Source: Pedobacter sp. (GTDB taxonomy: Bacteria; Desulfobacterota; Desulfuromonadia; Desulfuromonadales; Syntrophotaleaceae). Taken from it: a stretch of 64,000 nt of DNA. Of the stretch, positions 8,580-17,908 are shown piece after piece; the first letter of the stretch is position 1, and every line of letters begins with the position of its first letter. A program made the translations under genes and the position numbers. The stretch spans positions 1,544,679-1,608,678 of the forward strand of contig JBFWJC010000001.1 of assembly GCA_050253415.1 (NCBI GenBank), given 5' to 3'. The notes beneath the pieces were generated by a model. It was given only the letters and a program-made list of their open reading frames with translations, ran no database searches and was not told the origin of the DNA.

Positions 8580-9623
8580 ATGAGCGATAACGCGCGCATA
8601 ACAGCCATATTTGAAGCTCTGGCGGAAAAACTTGCCAATGGATTGAGCGATCTGATGGGCTGCAGCATTGAAGTCTCATTGATTTCCGAGCGGCGGGTAT
8701 CAAAAGCGGATTTTTTTGCCTCTTTCCATAAAAAGTTGGTCATGGCCAACATGGATGTAAGTGGCAGCCGCGACGGCACAATGCATTGTTTCTGCCAGCT
8801 TAAGGATGCCGTGTTGCTGGGTGGGACATTAATTATGTTGCCGCCGGCCGAGTTGGAAAAGCAGGTTCGCAAAGAGGAGTTCTCTGAAGACGAAGCCGAT
8901 GCCTATGGCGAAATTGTCAACATCGTATCCGGTGAGCTTTGTCAGGCCTTTGATGAAATGGCTATTGATAAACTCCATTTTAAAAAAACCGGCATCGAGG
9001 TGGTGGTCCCCGCTAAAGTGGTTGTCGATGCGGAAGAACCTTTTCCCCCGGGAGAAATTTATCAGGTTTCTTTTGACCTGGCCCTTGAGGGACAGCCGCT
9101 GCAAACCATGGAAATGGTTTTCCCCCCTGTTTTGTTGGGCTTGGCCAGCAATGATATTCCCGTTTCTGCATCCGTGGAGAAAGAGGACGTAGCGACCTTC
9201 TCTGAACCTTTGGGTGATGCGCCTGCAGTTGGAACCGATGTAGCCGATAATATGGTTCTGGTGGTTGCTGGGCGGAAGGAGGATGTTCACGACCTTACCG
9301 ATGCGTGTATTGCTGAGGGGTTCGTTCCCAGGGTTGCCGGGTATCAGGAAGATTTTCAGCCCTTTGGACCAAACGGCGATACACCGGTTAAGGGGGTGGT
9401 TTTTACCATGGATGATTCAAAGGAACTCGGATTGGCGGCTATTATCAAGGCTAAAGCCATTTTTAGCGGGAGCGTTCCACTTATAGCCGCTGGTGGGCAA
9501 TGGACGCGTAGTCAGGTACTTCAGGCCGTGAAGTATGGCGTATGCGATATCGTAGTGATGCCCGCATCGCCCGATGATATACGGGAAAAACTTCGTCAGA
9601 ATATGGGTATAAAACAAAGCTGA
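8580..9623 (+). CDS. CheC/CheX/FliY-like phosphatase domain fused to a degenerate receiver domain
   Basis: DAYGEIVNIVSG ExxN motif; C-terminal AVKYGVCDIVVMP is receiver-like but lacks the Asp and Lys. Confidence 0.7.
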   Translation: MSDNARITAIFEALAEKLANGLSDLMGCSIEVSLISERRVSKADFFASFHKKLVMANMDVSGSRDGTMHCFCQLKDAVLLGGTLIMLPPAELEKQVRKEEFSEDEADAYGEIVNIVSGELCQAFDEMAIDKLHFKKTGIEVVVPAKVVVDAEEPFPPGEIYQVSFDLALEGQPLQTMEMVFPPVLLGLASNDIPVSASVEKEDVATFSEPLGDAPAVGTDVADNMVLVVAGRKEDVHDLTDACIAEGFVPRVAGYQEDFQPFGPNGDTPVKGVVFTMDDSKELGLAAIIKAKAIFSGSVPLIAAGGQWTRSQVLQAVKYGVCDIVVMPASPDDIREKLRQNMGIKQS

Positions 9624-9688
9624 AAAAGATGCTTTTCTTCATCAAATACACTGGTATGTGGTATTTGCTGTTCTTTTGCGAAACCTGA

Positions 9689-11125
9689 TTATTTCTCCTC
9701 GTCAGTCTCCGTGCTGATATTTTTGCGTTTCAGCTTTTCTATCAAGGTGGTTCTTTTCAGGTTCAGCAGTTTTGCGGCTTCCCGCTTGTTGCCGCCTGTG
9801 ATGTTAAGAGCCTGTAAAATGAGCTGATTTTCAAATCGATTGACCAACATGTTAAAATCGACCCCACTTTCATCCAGATTGAGGGGTGACTCCTGTTCTG
9901 GTACGGCATCCTGACTTGGTGTTGACTCATCGCGCGACTGGTATTTTTCCGGCAGGTCATCGAAGGAAGCAGTTTGTCCGGCAAAAAAGATGGACATGCG
10001 TTGTACCAGATTTTCCAATTCCCGCACATTACCTGGCCAGGTATATTGTTTCAAGGCTTGCAAAGCAGCGCTGTCAAATCCCTTGAAGGGATTCTTTTTC
10101 TGTCTGTTGTATATCCCTACAAAACGATCAATAAGCAGGGGGATGTCTTCTTTGCGTTTGCGTAGTGGTGGGATTTGCAAGGGGATAACATTCAGTCGAT
10201 AATAGAGGTCTTCACGAAAGCGTCCTTCGGCTACGGATTTATCCAGATCTCTATGCGTTGCCGCAACAACACGCACATCAACGGATATTGGCTTGACCCC
10301 GCCCACAGGCTCAAATTCCTTTTCCTGCAAAACCCGTAGCAATTTTGCCTGCAGACTTGGCTTCATGTCGCCGATTTCATCCAGAAACAGTGTCCCGCCA
10401 TCGGCGTATTGAAGGCGCCCCATTTTGGCTTGATTGGCCCCTGTAAAGGCACCCTTAACATAACCGAACAGTTCGCTTTCGAGTAGATCTTCAGGAATGG
10501 CAGCACAGTTGACAGGTACGAAGTTTTTTCGGCTGCGCGGCCCATGTGCATGAATGGCGCGCGCTACAAGTTCTTTACCCGTTCCACTATCCCCAAGCAC
10601 CAATACCGAAGAGTTACCCTCCGAGGCGAGTTTTTCTATGAAATTGAAGAGTTGGCGCATGCTGGGTGCCTGGCCAATAATTCCGTGAAAGCCGTCCGAT
10701 TTGCGGAATTTGCGTCCTCGAATTTCGCCTTTGGTGAGCAAGTCATGGTGCTGCAGGGCGCGAGAGGTGGCAATGATGGTTTCTTCGTGATTGTAAGGCG
10801 TGTTGAGACAAAAAAAAGCGCCATATTTCAATGCTTCAAGGGCGACATCGCGTTGGTCCGTGGGGACACCTACTACGGTAACGATCTGATTGTTGAGTCG
10901 AGAAGCTTTTTTCAATAACTCCAGGCCCTGATTGTCGGGCGGGAACAGATCTGTAAGAATAACGGAGATTTCATCCTCTTGAAGTAATTCCAGGGCAGCT
11001 TCGGGAGAGTCGGCTTCGATTACAGTGCAATCGACAGTTTTTCTGATGGCAACGGCAAGGTCGCTTCTTTCCTTGATATTTTTATTTACAATAAGAACGC
11101 TACGTAAAGAATAGAACATGATCAC
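9689..11125 (-). CDS. Sigma54-dependent activator (atypical REC-AAA+-Fis HTH; FleQ/FlrA-like)
   Basis: GDSGTGKE, ESELFG, GAFTGA, LFLDEIG, WPGNVREL, GNKREAAKLLNLKRTTL; start 11125 (GTG) or 11119 (ATG). Confidence 0.93.
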   Translation of the reverse strand: MIMFYSLRSVLIVNKNIKERSDLAVAIRKTVDCTVIEADSPEAALELLQEDEISVILTDLFPPDNQGLELLKKASRLNNQIVTVVGVPTDQRDVALEALKYGAFFCLNTPYNHEETIIATSRALQHHDLLTKGEIRGRKFRKSDGFHGIIGQAPSMRQLFNFIEKLASEGNSSVLVLGDSGTGKELVARAIHAHGPRSRKNFVPVNCAAIPEDLLESELFGYVKGAFTGANQAKMGRLQYADGGTLFLDEIGDMKPSLQAKLLRVLQEKEFEPVGGVKPISVDVRVVAATHRDLDKSVAEGRFREDLYYRLNVIPLQIPPLRKRKEDIPLLIDRFVGIYNRQKKNPFKGFDSAALQALKQYTWPGNVRELENLVQRMSIFFAGQTASFDDLPEKYQSRDESTPSQDAVPEQESPLNLDESGVDFNMLVNRFENQLILQALNITGGNKREAAKLLNLKRTTLIEKLKRKNISTETDEEK

Positions 11126-11357
11126 CCATTCGAGTTGGAAATGGTCATCGTAAGTCGCGATCTCGGCCGCATCTGTTTAGGGCTCGGAACCCTTCGGAAA
11201 TACTCTGGTATAGTAACAAAAAAATACGTGGAGTAAAAATGCTTTTTATTTTTTTAGTGATAAATGGGGAATAATAATTCTTTTAGACAGCTTTTATGGA
11301 AAACAGAAAGAATCCTGTCGGCATTGACGCGATGTGACGTAAGCGGTCAGACCCTTC

Positions 11358-11735
11358 TCAGACCAGTATGTTTATCTGAGAGCCGGGAAACGCCTGTTCT
11401 GGAACTACGGCTTTCTGTTGCTCTGCATAGGTTGTGCGCACCAGGTTGCGAGAGGCTGGTGTCTCGTGGGCAGGTTCTGTTACATGGAAATCGCTAGATG
11501 GTGAAATAATATGCGGCGCGGGCAAGGCCAAGGTGTATGTGTTTGCGGATCGTTGTATGTAATTGCTGAATCGTGCAGCGGCTTCCAGGCCGGCATTCGA
11601 CAAGGTGATTTTGTCGACAGCCGGAGGGGCTGTTGGTTGCGTGACCAGTCGATTGGTAGATAGTTCTACGATATCGGGGCTGCTCGCAACGCTGGTGTGC
11701 CGCGAATAGCTATATGTCTGATTGATCTTTGTCAT
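11358..11735 (-). CDS. Hypothetical S/T/P/A-rich protein
   Basis: 125-aa ATG ORF filling the gap; DKITLS motif and C-terminal GSQINILV. Confidence 0.55.
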   Translation of the reverse strand: MTKINQTYSYSRHTSVASSPDIVELSTNRLVTQPTAPPAVDKITLSNAGLEAAARFSNYIQRSANTYTLALPAPHIISPSSDFHVTEPAHETPASRNLVRTTYAEQQKAVVPEQAFPGSQINILV

Positions 11736-11988
11736 GGCTAAGAATCGGTTGTTGGAGCGTTTTGTTGCCTGCTAATCGTATCTACAGTCTATCTCGTTTG
11801 CTGGCTTCGGGCAATAACCAAAAATTTTCTGCTTCGATGTCTGCCTGTAAGGTGGTAGGGATAAATCCAAGTTGTCCACAGAAGTTGTGGAGAACCTTTG
11901 GCATGCTGGTGGGTAACACCACGTAACTAGTCAAAACAGCGATTAAGTTAGCGTATTGCTCGTATTCTGTGCAGGTAATGTAAGGACA

Positions 11989-12576
11989 TCAGAAATGGCT
12001 CGTAGAGGGCGCGTCGCCAGGCAGATCGGTCTCGGCGAATACTTGAGCTGTAAAGATAAAGATGTCGGTATCTTCGGATTGCCAGGCATCGGTGGGCAGT
12101 CCTGCCTTTGTGCAGGTCTGCCTGAGAAACATGGTGCGGTCCCATTGATGTTCTACTGCTACCTGGGGCAAAAGTACGCCTCGATAAGAACCTTTTTCAA
12201 GATAAATGCCGTGTGACCCCACCTGTATATCGTTCGGGTCGTTGACTTTTTCCAGTGGGGACAGGATTGAAATTTCAATCAGGTAGTTGTTTAGATCCTC
12301 TATACCCATGGGATAGAAGCGAGGATCCTGGGTCGCTGCGGCGCAAGCCATTTCGGCCACCTCCTGGTGCAGCGGCCATTGAGGTTGGAACTTGCCGATG
12401 CAACCGCGCAGTTGACCGTTCTGCTTGATGGAGACAAAGCATCCGAGTCGCACGTTAAGAGCTGCTTCCTCGGTGGTTTCGATGGTGGGTTTGCCGGTTA
12501 ACACGCATGTTTCTATGGCGTTGCGAGCGATGGCAAGAAGAGTGGCCTGTTGTTGAGCGGTCAGCGGCTTATCCAT
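11989..12576 (-). CDS. AmmeMemoRadiSam system protein A (AMMECR1 family)
   Basis: GCFVSIK..LRGCIG, AATQDPRF, EISILSP, GVLLPQVA, CTKAGL; GGAGG before ATG 12576. Confidence 0.93.
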   Translation of the reverse strand: MDKPLTAQQQATLLAIARNAIETCVLTGKPTIETTEEAALNVRLGCFVSIKQNGQLRGCIGKFQPQWPLHQEVAEMACAAATQDPRFYPMGIEDLNNYLIEISILSPLEKVNDPNDIQVGSHGIYLEKGSYRGVLLPQVAVEHQWDRTMFLRQTCTKAGLPTDAWQSEDTDIFIFTAQVFAETDLPGDAPSTSHF

Positions 12577-12689
12577 GAAACCTCCGGTAAGCAGGGTTCT
12601 TTGCAATGCAACTGCTAAATGGTACCGTTCATTGTCAGATTTTAGTCAGCTTCTTTTAAAATGGCAAGGTGAACGCATAAAAGTGTGTC

Positions 12690-12726
12690 AAAAAAAACGG
12701 CCCGGGAAACCGGGCCGTTTTTTTTT
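12690..12726. terminator. Intrinsic terminator after typA (bidirectional form)
   Basis: A8-CGGCCCGG-GAAA-CCGGGCCG-T-run. Confidence 0.85.
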
Positions 12727-14533
12727 ACTTTTGTTTGTCGTACTTTTTTCGGGCGTTGGCATCAAGCAGCTTTTTGCGAAGTCGTATCGAAGTCGGAGTG
12801 ACCTCGACCAGTTCATCGTCGTTGATGTATTCCAGGGCTTGTTCAAGGCTGAGGTTGCGCGGCGGTACCAGGCGAATGGCCTCGTCGCTGCCGGAAGCGC
12901 GCACGTTGGAGAGTTTTTTGCCTTTGCAGGGGTTTACGACCATGTCGCTTTGCTTGGCATTCTCCCCGATAATCATTCCTTCGTAGACCTTTACTGCGGG
13001 GTCAACGAACAAGGTGCCGCGGTCCTGGAGGGTGAATAGGGCGTAGGCAGCCGTCTCCCCATCCTCCATGGCAATCAATACGCCATTGCTGCGGCCGGCG
13101 ATGGGACCCTTGTAGGGAGCATATTCGTTGAAGGTGTGGTTCATGACGCCGGTGCCGCGGGTGTCGGTCAGGAATTCGGTACGGAAACCGATCAGACCGC
13201 GGGCGGGGATGGAGAATTCCAGTCGATTTATACCGTCCATGGGCTGCATGGAGATCATCTCCGCTTTACGTCTGCCCAGTTTTTCGATCACCGTGCCCTG
13301 GTGTTCTTCGGGTACGTCGATGAGCAGGTTTTCCATCGGCTCGCTGCGTACGCCGTCGATATCTTTGAAAATAACCTCGGGTTTGGACACGGACAGCTCA
13401 AAACCCTCGCGGCGCATGTTTTCAATCAGGATCGACAGGTGCAGTTCGCCGCGGCCCGAGACCCTGAAGGTATCGGTGTTGTCGGTTTCTTCCACGCGCA
13501 GGGAAACATTGGTGCGCAATTCGCGCATCAAGCGGTCGCGCAGGTTGCGCGAGGTGACGAATTTCCCTTCCCGGCCGGCGAACGGCGAGGTGTTGATAGA
13601 GAAGTTCATGGACAGAGTCGGCTCATCGATGGCGATGGAAGGCAAAGCCTCCGGACACGTTTCGTCGGCGAAGGTTTCGCCGATGCCAACTTCGTCAAAC
13701 CCGGCGATGCTGACGATGTCGCCGGCCGGAGCCGTCTCCAATTCGACCTGCGCTACGCCCTGATAGCCGATCAGTTTGCTGATGCGGCCCTTTTCGACCT
13801 TGCCGTCACGTTTAACCAGGGCAATGGTCTGTCCGGTACGGACTTGACCGTTGACAATTTTGCCGGTTGCGATGCGACCCAGATAGTCATTGTATCCGAT
13901 GCTGGTTACCAGCATCTGGAAGGGGGCTTCCGGGTTGCCTTTCGGGGGGGCAACCTTGTCGCGGATAAGGTTGAACAGAGGCTCAAGGTTGTCCGACTCT
14001 TCTTCGAGATCGAGTTTCGCGACCCCCGCCTTGGCATTGGTGTAAATGATGGGGAAGTCGAGCTGTTCCTCATTGGCATTGAGTTCGCAGAACAGGTCGA
14101 AGACCATATCCACAACCTGTGTCGGCCGTGAACCGGGGCGGTCGATCTTGTTGATGACAACGATCGGCATCAGACCAAGGTCGAGCGATTTTTTCAAGAC
14201 GAAACGGGTCTGAGGCATGGGGCCGTCGAAAGCATCCACAAGCAACAGCACGCAGTCGACCATTTTCAGGACGCGCTCCACCTCGCCGCCGAAATCGGCA
14301 TGGCCGGGAGTATCGACGACATTGATTTTGAGCCCGTTGTGATGAATGGACAGGTTTTTCGAGAGGATTGTGATGCCCCGTTCTTTTTCCAGGTCGTTAT
14401 TATCCATGACCCGTTCGGTAACAACCTGATTTTCCCGGAAAACGCCGGACTGTTTGAGCATGGCGTCTACGAGGGTCGTCTTGCCATGGTCAACGTGGGC
14501 GATAATTGCGATGTTACGAATATTTTGTAGCAT
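12725..14533 (-). CDS. typA: Translational GTPase TypA/BipA
   Basis: [64 protein letters not shown]. Confidence 0.98.
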   Translation of the reverse strand: MLQNIRNIAIIAHVDHGKTTLVDAMLKQSGVFRENQVVTERVMDNNDLEKERGITILSKNLSIHHNGLKINVVDTPGHADFGGEVERVLKMVDCVLLLVDAFDGPMPQTRFVLKKSLDLGLMPIVVINKIDRPGSRPTQVVDMVFDLFCELNANEEQLDFPIIYTNAKAGVAKLDLEEESDNLEPLFNLIRDKVAPPKGNPEAPFQMLVTSIGYNDYLGRIATGKIVNGQVRTGQTIALVKRDGKVEKGRISKLIGYQGVAQVELETAPAGDIVSIAGFDEVGIGETFADETCPEALPSIAIDEPTLSMNFSINTSPFAGREGKFVTSRNLRDRLMRELRTNVSLRVEETDNTDTFRVSGRGELHLSILIENMRREGFELSVSKPEVIFKDIDGVRSEPMENLLIDVPEEHQGTVIEKLGRRKAEMISMQPMDGINRLEFSIPARGLIGFRTEFLTDTRGTGVMNHTFNEYAPYKGPIAGRSNGVLIAMEDGETAAYALFTLQDRGTLFVDPAVKVYEGMIIGENAKQSDMVVNPCKGKKLSNVRASGSDEAIRLVPPRNLSLEQALEYINDDELVEVTPTSIRLRKKLLDANARKKYDKQK

Positions 14534-15138
14534 AAAACTTATGTAATCTCCTTGCTTGGGTTTGTATTGTCCAAAATTTTCCCATCTTATATTGTTTTTT
14601 TGGTTTTCGCTACCCCTAAAATTATTTCGCAAAAACAACCATCTTTGGTATGTTGCGACGCAGCGAGTATTGTTTTTATTTGATCGCGTTTATAGATCGG
14701 GATTGGGTCGTATAAAACCATGATGTGGGGATGTCTTTGGTGAAGACCCGGCTTGCTCCCTTTGGGCTGGCGATATATGATTCGATTTTAAACGGTTTTT
14801 CAAGCTGGATAACTTCTTTCTGGCTGCAGGAGTTCTCTTGTTCCGAGTCTGTTTGATGTGTGTCGTTCATAAGCTCGGATGATCGGGGAACATTTTTGTA
14901 CTCAATTGATATGTTAGGTGTTTCAGGAGCTTGTGATGTTCGGCGGCAGTAACCCTCTTTAAATGGCACGGGCCTGTTGTCGACCAATCGTGGTGGGTTT
15001 TTTGTTGGTCATGGGTGTGAAAAACAGCGGCAGAGCGCTGACGCTCTTGATCTGTACCGGAAGATTGCCGGGTTCGATCCGTTAGTGTAACTTCGGGAAG
15101 GCTGCGACCCGAAAGGTCATTGAGCTGGAAGGCAAGTG

Positions 15139-15660
15139 ATGAGTTTGTGGTTTTCCCTGGAGTCCGGGGAGCAAATTTGGTGGCAATCCTGCCCGGCACC
15201 GCGTGCCTATGTTTTCCGACGCTGGAAGCTGTCACTGGCGTGTTTGCCTGTATGGCTGGGGATAGGGGGCTGGCTTGCTATCGATGTATATTCGAGGGGG
15301 GCTGCTTTTACCGGTTGGTTCGTCTTGTGGGCCGTATTCTGGTTGTTGCTAGGTTATGGCACAATCGGTCACCTTTTTGCGTCCCGATTGCTGTGGCGCG
15401 GCGAACGTTATCTGTTGACAGATAGTCGTATTTGTATTCGCAGCGGTTTTGGGGGGCGCCATAAACAACAAATACCCTTGGACGATGTGGAAATTCATCG
15501 GGTTATTCCCCTGTCTGGCAGCCTGGCTACGATACAACTGCGTTCACGTGTTACGGGGGCTGTTTCGACTATGTACTGTCTTGAGGGCGCTTCGGTCCTG
15601 GTCGGTTTTTTTGCTTCCGGGAGCAGGGGGAAACCCGTTGACAGTCTGGTCGGCTCTTGA
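15139..15660 (+). CDS. Membrane protein with bacterial PH-like domain
   Basis: LESGEQIWW..P, two hydrophobic segments, then YLLTDSRICIRSG pattern. Confidence 0.7.
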   Translation: MSLWFSLESGEQIWWQSCPAPRAYVFRRWKLSLACLPVWLGIGGWLAIDVYSRGAAFTGWFVLWAVFWLLLGYGTIGHLFASRLLWRGERYLLTDSRICIRSGFGGRHKQQIPLDDVEIHRVIPLSGSLATIQLRSRVTGAVSTMYCLEGASVLVGFFASGSRGKPVDSLVGS

Positions 15661-15667
15661 TTAATAT
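15638..15667 (+). promoter_or_regulatory. Putative sigma70 promoter for miaB
   Basis: TTGACA-N18-TAATAT. Confidence 0.55.
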
Positions 15668-15818
15668 GGTCAACTAACTCTTGGGCTTAATGCAGCCTGT
15701 CATGCGCGGGAATGAATCCTGTGAGAGAAAGCGGAGGCAGTTGGTGTTTTCCGAATTCTTGCACGGCTTTTCGCGGCCTGATGACGACAGGCCTGTTTTA
15801 TGAATGGTTATTTCAGTT

Positions 15819-17135
15819 ATGAAAAGTTTTTACCTGGAGACCTTCGGGTGCCAGATGAATGTGGTCGATTCCGAACAGATCGTCGGCCTTGTGCGGCAGC
15901 TTGGCTATGCACCTGTTGACAGTCCTGATCATGCCGACCTCATAATCCTCAACACCTGCTCTATCCGTGCGAAAGCTGAACGTAAGGTTTACGGTCATCT
16001 TGGTCGGTTTAAACCGCTGAAACAGCAGCGTCCTGAACTGATTATCGCGGTGTGTGGCTGTGTCGCTCAGCAGGAAGGGCAGCGTATGCTGGAGAAGGTG
16101 CCGCATCTCGATATCGTTTGCGGTACCCATAACGTTCACCGGTTGGCAGATATGGTACGCCAGGTCGAGGAGCAACGGGCACGCTGTGCCGAGGTTGAAT
16201 TCCTCGAAGCCGATGCGCGTCGCCGTCTCTTTCCGGAGAGGCAGCCGAGTTCGGACGTCACCCGATTTGTCACCGTCATTCAGGGGTGTGATAATTTTTG
16301 TGCCTATTGTATCGTACCTCATGTGCGTGGCCGAGAAGTGAGTCGTGCCAGTGCAGAGGTGCTGGATGAAGTGCGGTCCCTGGTGTCTCAAGGGGTGCGG
16401 GAAGTGACGCTGATCGGTCAAAACGTCAATTCCTACGGATGCAAGGAAGATGGCGAGATCTCCTTTGCCGCGTTGCTGAGGCAAATCAATGCGGTGGAAG
16501 GGCTGGAGCGTATTCGCTTCATGACTTCGCATCCCAAAGACCTGTCGGATGAATTGATTGCATGCTTTGGCGACCTCGACAAGCTATGCAAACACATCCA
16601 CCTGCCGGTGCAGGCCGGTGGAGACGGAGTGCTTAAAGCTATGCGGCGCGGGTATACGCGCGATCAATATCTGGACAGAGTGGCGCGTCTGCGGCAGGTT
16701 TGCCCTGACATAAGGGTGACTTCCGATGTTATCGTTGGTTTCCCCGGTGAAACAGAGGAGGATTTCGAGCAGACCATGGATTTGCTGAGACAGGTCCGTT
16801 TCGCCGAAATCTATTCGTTTATCTTCTCACCCAGGCCGGAAACTTCGGCAGCCTCTCTGCCGGATGATACCTCCAAAGACGTCAAGCAGGAACGCTTCGA
16901 TCGTATGCTGGCTCTGCAGGAGGAGATTACCGAAGAGTATAATCGGGGGGATGTGGGACGGGTGCTGCCGGTGCTGGTTGAAGGCAGCAGTCGGCAGGGC
17001 AACGGTCAGCTGTTCGGACGTACCACCTGGAACCGTATCGTCAATTTTGACGGTGACCCCGGTCTGATAGGACGTGTCGTGCAGGTGCGGCTCAAGCGTG
17101 CTTATCGCAATTCTCATTTGGGCGAACTGGTTTGA
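15819..17135 (+). CDS. miaB: tRNA methylthiotransferase MiaB
   Basis: TFGCQMN, NTCSIRAKAE, radical SAM CDNFCAYC, HLPVQAG, C-terminal TRAM domain. Confidence 0.97.
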   Translation: MKSFYLETFGCQMNVVDSEQIVGLVRQLGYAPVDSPDHADLIILNTCSIRAKAERKVYGHLGRFKPLKQQRPELIIAVCGCVAQQEGQRMLEKVPHLDIVCGTHNVHRLADMVRQVEEQRARCAEVEFLEADARRRLFPERQPSSDVTRFVTVIQGCDNFCAYCIVPHVRGREVSRASAEVLDEVRSLVSQGVREVTLIGQNVNSYGCKEDGEISFAALLRQINAVEGLERIRFMTSHPKDLSDELIACFGDLDKLCKHIHLPVQAGGDGVLKAMRRGYTRDQYLDRVARLRQVCPDIRVTSDVIVGFPGETEEDFEQTMDLLRQVRFAEIYSFIFSPRPETSAASLPDDTSKDVKQERFDRMLALQEEITEEYNRGDVGRVLPVLVEGSSRQGNGQLFGRTTWNRIVNFDGDPGLIGRVVQVRLKRAYRNSHLGELV

Positions 17136-17198
17136 TGCTGTCTGTCAGTAAGTATTTCCAGAAGGACCCAAATATTCTTTAGTAAGAAGGATAAAGCC

Positions 17199-17858
17199 AT
17201 GATCGATCTGCATACCCATACCGTTTTCAGTGATGGCGAGTTGATCCCCGCCGAACTTACCCGCCGCGCAGCCGTAGCGGGTTACCGCGCCATCGGTATC
17301 ACCGATCATGGCGATCCGAGCAATATCGACTTTATTATTCCCCGGATCGCCAGGGTCGCCGAGGCTCTGGGCAGCGCCTGGGGTCTGACGGTGGTGCCGG
17401 GGATCGAGCTGACTCATGTGCCGCCCGCTATGATTGCCGAGGTTGCGAAAGAAGCCCGGGCGCTGGGGGCCAGACTGGTGGTTTGCCATGGTGAAACCAT
17501 TGCCGAACCGGTCGCAGCCGGGACCAATCGGGCGGCCCTGGAGGCCGACATCGATATTCTCGCCCATCCCGGCTTACTCACCGAGGATGAGGTGGCTCTG
17601 GCCGTGCGGCGCGGCATTTGTCTTGAGATCACCACCCGCAAGGGACATTCGTTGACCAACGGGCATGTGGCCCGTCTGGCTATGGCGGCAGGGGCATCGC
17701 TGGTGATCAACACCGACAGCCATGCGCCCGGCGATCTGACGCCGCTTGAACAGGCCCGGCGTATCGCGTTGGGCGCCGGTTTGAGTGAGGTGCAGTTTCA
17801 GCAGGCGCGTCAAAATGCCGAAGATCTGGTGCGCAAGGTCATGGGGCGCAAATTTTAA
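17199..17858 (+). CDS. PHP-domain phosphoesterase (histidinol-phosphatase-like)
   Basis: DLHTHT.FSDG, ITDH, ILAHP, NTDSH. Confidence 0.92.
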   Translation: MIDLHTHTVFSDGELIPAELTRRAAVAGYRAIGITDHGDPSNIDFIIPRIARVAEALGSAWGLTVVPGIELTHVPPAMIAEVAKEARALGARLVVCHGETIAEPVAAGTNRAALEADIDILAHPGLLTEDEVALAVRRGICLEITTRKGHSLTNGHVARLAMAAGASLVINTDSHAPGDLTPLEQARRIALGAGLSEVQFQQARQNAEDLVRKVMGRKF

Positions 17859-17908
17859 CAGTATTCCTGGTGTTTTCTTAAGTCCTTCTATCTGTGAGGT
17901 GTGATTCT

